A DNA stretch of 64,000 bases from a bacterium. Its GTDB lineage: Bacteria; UBA8248; JACPRG01; G963555815. Of the stretch, positions 57,887 to 64,000 are shown in pieces (the stretch's first letter is position 1; every line of letters starts with the position of its first letter). The notes beneath the pieces were generated by a model, which searched no databases, was not told the DNA's origin, and saw only the letters and a list, made by a program, of their open reading frames with translations. Made by a program: the position numbers and the translations under genes. The DNA is taken from the NCBI GenBank assembly GCA_965261595.1, contig CBDHDG010000007.1, positions 512,001 through 576,000 on the forward strand. Direction: 5' to 3'.

Positions 57887-58921
57887 CTACCGGAACGTTT
57901 CCGTCCCGAGCTTCAGGACGTGCATCGTGTCCTCCTCCTCGTGTCCCTTGCGGACGCCGTGGACATCGAGGACGGGGACCACGCCCGCTTCCAGGTACTT
58001 CGTGATCCGCTCCTGAATCACGTCGTCCTTGTATCCCAGGCCGAAGGTCTCGATGAAACCGTCCTCGGCCGCCTCGGCGGCTTCCTCCCGGCGGTTGTCC
58101 CACCAGAGGTTCCGGACCTTTTCCCGCAGCTCCCCCCACTCGGTGTGACCCACGAACCAGTCGAAGGTCTCCGACGCCAGGTGCCAGCAAACGGCCTTTC
58201 GCAGGTTCATCGGGCCGTCCCCCCGGTTCGCGCCGACCGGCTGGTTGGACAAGAGGTGGACCTCGGAGGGGTCGCGGCCCGCGCGCTCGGCGCCGATGGC
58301 GATGTTCTTCTTCACGTCATCGAGGGCCTCCAGGGGGAAATGGGTCATGATGACGCCGTCCGCCATCTCCCCGGCCAGTTGCAGCATCTTCGGGTTGATC
58401 CCGCTGATGTAGATGGGGACCGTGCGGCCTTCCACGCCGAGCCGGAGGCGGAAGTCCCGCTGGATGTGAAAATCGGGGCCTTCATACGTGAGGCGCTCGC
58501 CCCGCAGCAGGGGGCGAATGATCTCCAGCGTCTGGCGGCAGCGCCGGACGGGCTTCTCGAAGGCGATCCCGTGGCCGTGCGTGATGATCTGTGTCCCGCC
58601 GGGGCCGATCCCGAGGATGAACCGCCCGCCCGAAAGCTCATCCAGCGTGAAGGCGCCCATGGCGAGGAGCGTGGGCGTGCGGCTGAAGTAGCTGACGATG
58701 TTCGTCCCGACGCCGATCGTCGAGGACCCCACCATCTGGAGGGTGGCCTGGGCGAAGGCGTCCCGGTCGTTCGTCTCGATGTTCCACGAGCGGTCGTACC
58801 CCAGCTCCTCCGCCTTTCGGGTCATCTCGGTGAAATAGTTCCGGATGCCCGCAGGCTGGCGGGGGACCCTCGGCGTTACGATGTACATGTCCGGCTTGCT
58901 GTAGCGGGGATCTACACTCAC
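57887..58921 (-). CDS. LLM-class (luciferase-like) flavin/F420-dependent oxidoreductase
   Basis: AEELGYD, TLDELSGGRFILGIG, PKMLQLAGEMADG. Confidence 0.88.
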   Translation of the reverse strand: MSVDPRYSKPDMYIVTPRVPRQPAGIRNYFTEMTRKAEELGYDRSWNIETNDRDAFAQATLQMVGSSTIGVGTNIVSYFSRTPTLLAMGAFTLDELSGGRFILGIGPGGTQIITHGHGIAFEKPVRRCRQTLEIIRPLLRGERLTYEGPDFHIQRDFRLRLGVEGRTVPIYISGINPKMLQLAGEMADGVIMTHFPLEALDDVKKNIAIGAERAGRDPSEVHLLSNQPVGANRGDGPMNLRKAVCWHLASETFDWFVGHTEWGELREKVRNLWWDNRREEAAEAAEDGFIETFGLGYKDDVIQERITKYLEAGVVPVLDVHGVRKGHEEEDTMHVLKLGTETFR

Positions 58922-58963
58922 GGGTTCGTTCTCCTTGAATGTCTGAACACGGATGACTCCCGG

Positions 58964-60034
58964 TCAATCATCGAGGCCGGGACCGGGGTCGCGGACGAGG
59001 GGCAGCGTGACACAGCGGATCCCGTTCGTCCCCGCCTGAAGCCCGGTCGTGTCGAACTCGATGATTTCGACTTCGGTCACGCGCAGGCGCTTGATGGTCT
59101 CCTTGGCCTGTGCGTCGATGATGATCTTCCCCGGTTCGATGATCATGAAGTTGGCCGGATAAAACTTGTGGTGCTCGTCCTTCGGGACCTCGACGATCCG
59201 GAAGTGCTTCTCCTTCAGCCAGCGGTAGACGCTGTAATCCAGATACCCGGGGTAGACGACCGCCACCCGGAGATCGGCCACGCCGAAGACCATGTCCAGA
59301 TGGAACTCCCCGCCCGCCTCGAAATCATTGATGACGGTCCCGCAGTTGGCAATGGGGGTCTCTTTCACGCCGCTGCGCTCGAACACCGAGAGGACCTGGG
59401 CCAGGCCGTCCTCATTGGACGAACAGGACCGGTAGCCCATGATCACGTCTTCGGCCACCGGAACGAAAACACCCACTTCGCAGATCCCGTGGCCGTGGAT
59501 CGTGTGGAGGATCGGGCAATTGATCTCGGCGAAGAATTTCGTGAAGTTGACCTCCAGCCCCCGGATGTAGGAAGCGTGCCCCTGGCGGGAGACGATGGCG
59601 CCACCCTTGATCACAAGTGGGAAGGCCGCCATGAACAGCTTCCGCATGGGCCCGTAGGCCCCCCAACTATGGGGCGCCTTCATCCAGCGGACCTTGACGC
59701 CCAGGCTCTCGAGGAGCTTGGCATAGTCCTCGAACCCGCGCTGAAGCCGCTCGAGGTCGATGCGGACCCGGCGGAGGAAGAAGAAGTTGCGGTCCTTTTC
59801 CCACAGGGGATCCACCTCGTGCTCGGTCGGCCAGATGAGAGCGACCTCCCGCAGCCTGCCGATCCCCTGTCCGCCCCCCCAACGGGAGCCCCAGATGTTT
59901 TCCACCTCGTCGAGGAAACTGTATTGCTCGAGAACCTCGACCCGGGGCGGCACGCCCGGCTCGAAATCCGGATAGTTGGTCAGCGGGTAGTCCTTGATGG
60001 GACCCTCCCATCCCTGCGGAGAAGTCTCTGCCAT
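58964..60034 (-). CDS. Amidinotransferase/dimethylarginase-fold (pentein) hydrolase
   Basis: GRLREVAL, FHLDMVF, ANF, terminal GIRCVTLPLVRD with catalytic Cys. Confidence 0.8.
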   Translation of the reverse strand: MAETSPQGWEGPIKDYPLTNYPDFEPGVPPRVEVLEQYSFLDEVENIWGSRWGGGQGIGRLREVALIWPTEHEVDPLWEKDRNFFFLRRVRIDLERLQRGFEDYAKLLESLGVKVRWMKAPHSWGAYGPMRKLFMAAFPLVIKGGAIVSRQGHASYIRGLEVNFTKFFAEINCPILHTIHGHGICEVGVFVPVAEDVIMGYRSCSSNEDGLAQVLSVFERSGVKETPIANCGTVINDFEAGGEFHLDMVFGVADLRVAVVYPGYLDYSVYRWLKEKHFRIVEVPKDEHHKFYPANFMIIEPGKIIIDAQAKETIKRLRVTEVEIIEFDTTGLQAGTNGIRCVTLPLVRDPGPGLDD

Positions 60035-60190
60035 CTTCGCTTCCTCCCTTCTCAGTCGCCCATGAGGCGCACCGGCCACGGAGCGGTCCAACGCCGTCCC
60101 GTGCGATGCGGCCTTTCTTTTCATCAGGGGTGTCGAATTCAACACGGAACCGCCGAAGCGGGCGCAAAGCGCGTCCTTCCGCGCCGGCGC

Positions 60191-61411
60191 TCAGCCGCTG
60201 ATGGCCGAGAACAGCGTGCTTTCGCGCGTATTGTACGTCGCCTCCCGGCCGTCGACGCTCACCTCTACGTCGGAGAAGGTGGTGTTCCTCGCCCTGAGGG
60301 CGATCACCTCCCCGTCCACCATGATCATCCGGATCGCAGGCACGTCCCCGAACTCGATGCACCCGAGGCCGTCGCTCGCGTAGCAGTCCAGGGGCGCGTC
60401 GATGGCGATCAGGTCCGCGTCCCGGCCGACTTCCACCTTGCCGGTGTTCAGCCGGTAGGCGTCGGCGACGGAGCCGGTGGCCATGGCGAGGACTTTTTCG
60501 GCGGGGATCTCGCACATGGACGAGACGAACTGGACGGTCCGGATTATCCCCAGGGGCATGATCCCCGCCCCCACCGGGCTGTCCGTTCCGATCAGCACGC
60601 GGTGGAGCTGGTCCCGCTCCTTCATCAGCAGGACGAAGTCGTACATCGTCCGGTAGTTGCCGTTGCAGATCACTTCGAGATAGGCCTTCGTTCCGTCGAT
60701 GAGCCGTTCGGCCTCGTGGACGGGGGCCGAGGTCGGCCCGCCGTTGATGTGGACCACCACGTCCGGCTGAAGGGCCAGCACCTCATCGGCGTAGAGCCGG
60801 GCCGAGCCGGGAACGGACCGGCCGGCGAAATGCATGGGGACGATCATCCCGACCTCCCGCGCCCAATCCACGTATTCCTTGACGTCGTCGTATTCGAACA
60901 GGCCCGTCCCGCCGATCTCCGCCACGACGCCGACCCCCTCGCGGGCCAGCTCCTCGAAGTCGGCCTTCGTCAGCCCCTTCTCCAGGAAGACGGTCCCGCC
61001 GTGGACCTTCAGCCCGCCTCCCGGCCGGTAGTTCCGGCCCGTCTTGGCCCCGAGGATGGCCAGGGCCTTCACCCCCGCCGGGTCCGACGGACGGCCCTGG
61101 ATGGTCGAGGCGCCCATCGAAACGATGGTCGTCACCCCGCCGTGGAGCGCGCCATCCATCCACCCGATGACGTTGTGGCGCGGATGCCAATCCCCGATGA
61201 CCGGGTGGGTGTGGGCGTCGATGAGGCCCGGCGAGAGGATCAGCCCCTTCACGTCCACGACGTGGTCCACGCCGGTGATGTCCATGTCCGCCTGTTTGCC
61301 GATCTCCGCGATCTTTCCGTCCCGGATCAGAACGGTGTCGGCGTCCAGCAAACCCGTCCGATAATCGCCGGAGACGAGCTTTCCGATGTTGACGATTGCG
61401 GTTGAAGCCAT
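60191..61411 (-). CDS. Enamidase-like amidohydrolase (paralogue 1)
   Basis: NIGKLVSGD, PGLIDAHTH, LHGGVTT, GRPSD.AG.KALAI, LEKGL, HINGGPT, GTDSP resemble Eubacterium barkeri enamidase. Confidence 0.88.
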   Translation of the reverse strand: MASTAIVNIGKLVSGDYRTGLLDADTVLIRDGKIAEIGKQADMDITGVDHVVDVKGLILSPGLIDAHTHPVIGDWHPRHNVIGWMDGALHGGVTTIVSMGASTIQGRPSDPAGVKALAILGAKTGRNYRPGGGLKVHGGTVFLEKGLTKADFEELAREGVGVVAEIGGTGLFEYDDVKEYVDWAREVGMIVPMHFAGRSVPGSARLYADEVLALQPDVVVHINGGPTSAPVHEAERLIDGTKAYLEVICNGNYRTMYDFVLLMKERDQLHRVLIGTDSPVGAGIMPLGIIRTVQFVSSMCEIPAEKVLAMATGSVADAYRLNTGKVEVGRDADLIAIDAPLDCYASDGLGCIEFGDVPAIRMIMVDGEVIALRARNTTFSDVEVSVDGREATYNTRESTLFSAISG

Positions 61412-61544
61412 CTGGCGACCTCCCCTTGTTCGATAACCACGTTGATAGCGAGAAGGAAAGTATACATTTTTCAAGAAGTCGAAGTCATTTTCACGCAACC
61501 CGCGCCGATCAAAAAACTTCCCGGACGCCCCCCCCTCCCCGACT

Positions 61545-62753
61545 TCACCGAAACATGATCGCCTCGCGCGAGCCGAGCTTCGCCTCCTTTCCGTCCACGC
61601 TGATTCGCCGGTCGGTGAGCGTCGTGTTCCTCGCCCGGTGGGCGATGACCTCGCCGTCCACCATGATCATCGCGACCGCCGGGACGTCGCCGAACCCGAT
61701 CGCCCCGAGGGCGTCCGGGGCGTGGCAGTCCCAGGGGGCGTCCAAGGCCAGCAAGTCGGCCTCCCGGCCGATCTCGACCTTCCCGGTGTTCAGCCGGTAG
61801 GCGTCGGCGACGGCGCCGCTCGCCATGGCGAGAGCGGTTTCGGCGGGAACCCCGCACAAGGAGGAGACAAACAGGACCGTCCTCATCATCCCCAGTGGGA
61901 CGACTCCGGCGCCCACCGGACTGTCGGTGCCGATCAGAACCCGGTGCAGGAGGTCCCGCTCTTTCATGAGCATGATGAAATCGTACATGGTCTTGAAGTT
62001 GCCGGTGTAGATCACCTCCAGATACGCCGATGTGGCGTCGATCAGGCGCTCGGCCTCCTCGGCCGGGGCCGAGGTCGGGCCGCCGTTGATGTGAACAACG
62101 ACATCGGGGTCGATCTCAGCCGCCTCGTCCGCGTAGATCCTCGCCGAGCCCGGAACGGATCGGCCCCCGAAATGCAACGGGACCACCATCCCCGCCTCCC
62201 GGGCCCAATCCAGGTATTGTCCGAGCTCCTCGGGCCGGTTGAGCCCGGCCGCCCCGACCTCCGCGACGACCTTGACGCCCTCCCGGGCCATTTCCTCGAA
62301 ATCGGCTTTCTCCAGGCCCTTTTCCAGGATAATGGCCCCCCCATGAAACTTCAGCCCGCCTCCGGGACGATAGTTTTTCCCCACCTTGGCCCCGAGGATC
62401 GCCAGCGACTTGACGCCCGCCGGGTCGGACGGACGGCCCTGGACCATCCCCGAGCCCATGGAGACCATCGTCGTCACGCCGCCGTGAAAGGCGCCCTCCA
62501 TCCAGCCGAGGACGTTCTGGCGGGGGTGCCAGTCTCCGATGACCGGATGGGTGTGGGCGTCGATCAGGCCGGGGGCCACGGTCATCCCCTTCACGTCCAC
62601 CACGTGGTCCGTCTCCGGGACGCCCATGTCCGCCCGCCTGCCGAACGCGTCGATCAGGCCGTCGCGGATGAGGATGGTGTCGGCGTCCAGAAGACCCAGG
62701 CGGCAGTCCCCGGAAACGAGCTTTCCGATGTTGACGATGGCGGTTGCCGTCAT
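61545..62753 (-). CDS. Enamidase-like amidohydrolase (paralogue 2)
   Basis: Same motifs as paralogue 1; GAGGAGG RBS. Confidence 0.88.
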   Translation of the reverse strand: MTATAIVNIGKLVSGDCRLGLLDADTILIRDGLIDAFGRRADMGVPETDHVVDVKGMTVAPGLIDAHTHPVIGDWHPRQNVLGWMEGAFHGGVTTMVSMGSGMVQGRPSDPAGVKSLAILGAKVGKNYRPGGGLKFHGGAIILEKGLEKADFEEMAREGVKVVAEVGAAGLNRPEELGQYLDWAREAGMVVPLHFGGRSVPGSARIYADEAAEIDPDVVVHINGGPTSAPAEEAERLIDATSAYLEVIYTGNFKTMYDFIMLMKERDLLHRVLIGTDSPVGAGVVPLGMMRTVLFVSSLCGVPAETALAMASGAVADAYRLNTGKVEIGREADLLALDAPWDCHAPDALGAIGFGDVPAVAMIMVDGEVIAHRARNTTLTDRRISVDGKEAKLGSREAIMFR

Positions 62754-62994
62754 GCGGTGCACTCCTCCTCAACGCCGGGCCGCTGAGCCCGGGTCCTTGG
62801 CTGGGGTTGACAATGAATCGGCGGCTCCATTAGCATACACTGTGTTGCGAACCAAAAAAACCCGTCCCCGGAAGGCGTGTTGGCGGATTTCTGGACATCC
62901 ACGCCGTTGCGCGTCACAGAAAGGGATGGGGCGTCCGCACGGCGGGTGAAACACGCCCTTCCTCATGCCGTTCGACAGAAGGCGGAGAAGCTCC

Positions 62995-63855
62995 ATGTGG
63001 CGACAATTTGAATACCATGAACCCGCCACCGTGGAAGAGACCTGCGACCTCCTGGCCCGGCACGGGGACGAAGCCCTGATCCTCGCCGGCGGAACGGCGC
63101 TGTTGAAGCTCATGAAGCTCCGCATCGCGCGCCCGGCCGTCCTCCTGAACGTCAAGAAAATCCCCGACCTGGGCTACGTCGAAAACTCGAACGGCGGGAC
63201 GCTGCGCATCGGCGGCCTCGCCATCTACCGGACCCTGGAAAGAGGCGGCCACGGCCGTGAATACCTGGCGCACGTCGCGAGCGACGTCGGATCCGTCCAG
63301 GTGCGGAACATCGCGACGGTCGCCGGGGCGCTCTGCCTGGCCGAGCCGTCCTCGGACATCGGTCCGGTCCTGATGACCCTGGACGCCGAGGTCGAGCTGA
63401 CCTCCCAATCGGGAAAACGGGCCGTTCCCATCAACGACTTCTTCGAAGACGCCTTCGAGACCCGGAGAGAGCCGGAAGAGATGATGACGGAGATCCGGGT
63501 CCCCCCTCTCCCGGAAGGGGCCGGCTGGGACTACCAGAAATTCTGCCTGCGGCGCGGGTTCGACATCGCCGTCGTGGGGGTCGCGGCGGTGGTGGAGCGG
63601 GACGGCGACACCGTCCGATCCGCCCGAATCGCCGTCGGGGCCGCGCGGCCGACGCCCTTCCGGCATCCCGAAGCGGAAGCCATGCTCTCCGGCCAGACCT
63701 TTTCCGAGGATCTGTGCCGGGCGGCGGCCGAAAAGGTGGCGGACGGACTGGACGGGATCACCGATGTCCGCGCCTCCGGCAAGTATCGCGTTCACCTGAC
63801 CCGGGTCCTCGTCCGGCGCGCCCTCGAGGCGGCCTTCCAGCGCGCCTCGGGCTGA
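62995..63855 (+). CDS. Xanthine dehydrogenase family FAD-binding (medium) subunit
   Basis: FEYHEPAT, LAGGTAL, QVRNIATVAG, DVRASGKYR. Confidence 0.92.
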   Translation: MWRQFEYHEPATVEETCDLLARHGDEALILAGGTALLKLMKLRIARPAVLLNVKKIPDLGYVENSNGGTLRIGGLAIYRTLERGGHGREYLAHVASDVGSVQVRNIATVAGALCLAEPSSDIGPVLMTLDAEVELTSQSGKRAVPINDFFEDAFETRREPEEMMTEIRVPPLPEGAGWDYQKFCLRRGFDIAVVGVAAVVERDGDTVRSARIAVGAARPTPFRHPEAEAMLSGQTFSEDLCRAAAEKVADGLDGITDVRASGKYRVHLTRVLVRRALEAAFQRASG

Positions 63856-63868
63856 TTTCGGAGGAGCC

Positions 63869-64000
63869 ATGCGGAAAGACATCGAGATCACGGTCAACGG
63901 CGAGGTCCAGGATATCAACATCCCGGTCCACGCCACGCTGCTTCACGTCCTGCGCTACGACCTCGGTCTCACCGGTACCAAAGAGGGCTGCGGCCAGCAC
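63869..64000 (+). CDS. Xanthine dehydrogenase family [2Fe-2S] small subunit (partial)
   Basis: MRKDIEITVNG...TLLHVLRYDLGLTGTKEGC; GGAGGAG RBS. Confidence 0.9.
   Translation, partial: MRKDIEITVNGEVQDINIPVHATLLHVLRYDLGLTGTKEGCGQH

Noticed and set aside
57689..61405. 1238-aa + strand ORF
   Set aside because: Antisense shadow of three well-supported minus-strand genes in high-GC DNA; no recognisable motifs

Overview
High-GC bacterial chromosomal window with no rRNA, tRNA or CRISPR array seen. Main blocks: (1) a lower-GC type II-like restriction-modification pair (PD-(D/E)xK-like nuclease + SPPY amino-methyltransferase, 1.4-3.6 kb); (2) scattered catabolic genes (amidohydrolases, adenylosuccinate-lyase-family enzyme, cyclase, Mo-hydroxylase subunits, creatininase, cysteine dioxygenase, isochorismatase, LLM oxidoreductase, amidinotransferase-fold protein, two tandem enamidase homologues); (3) a GT2/GT-C/epimerase glycosylation trio; (4) two nested IS clusters (12.5-15.3 kb and 33.1-38.2 kb; IS256, IS66-like/DUF4338, IS3, IS1380 and an internally deleted mini-IS1380 in two inverted copies); (5) between those inverted copies, an A1-type aa3 cytochrome c oxidase operon led by a candidate type-1 copper protein, with a perfect TGTGA-N6-TCACA operator; (6) an intact 2.6-kb IS1595-family transposon (24-bp IRs, 8-bp TSD) carrying a PIN nuclease and an uncharacterised partner protein; (7) ino1 behind a riboswitch-like structured leader; (8) SCO/TlpA/Lon-like genes. 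Best novelty candidates: the IS1595-borne PIN cassette, the ino1 leader RNA, the double-enamidase/LLM/Mo-hydroxylase locus and the cupredoxin-led oxidase operon. All family calls come from motif recognition by eye; no database searches were run.
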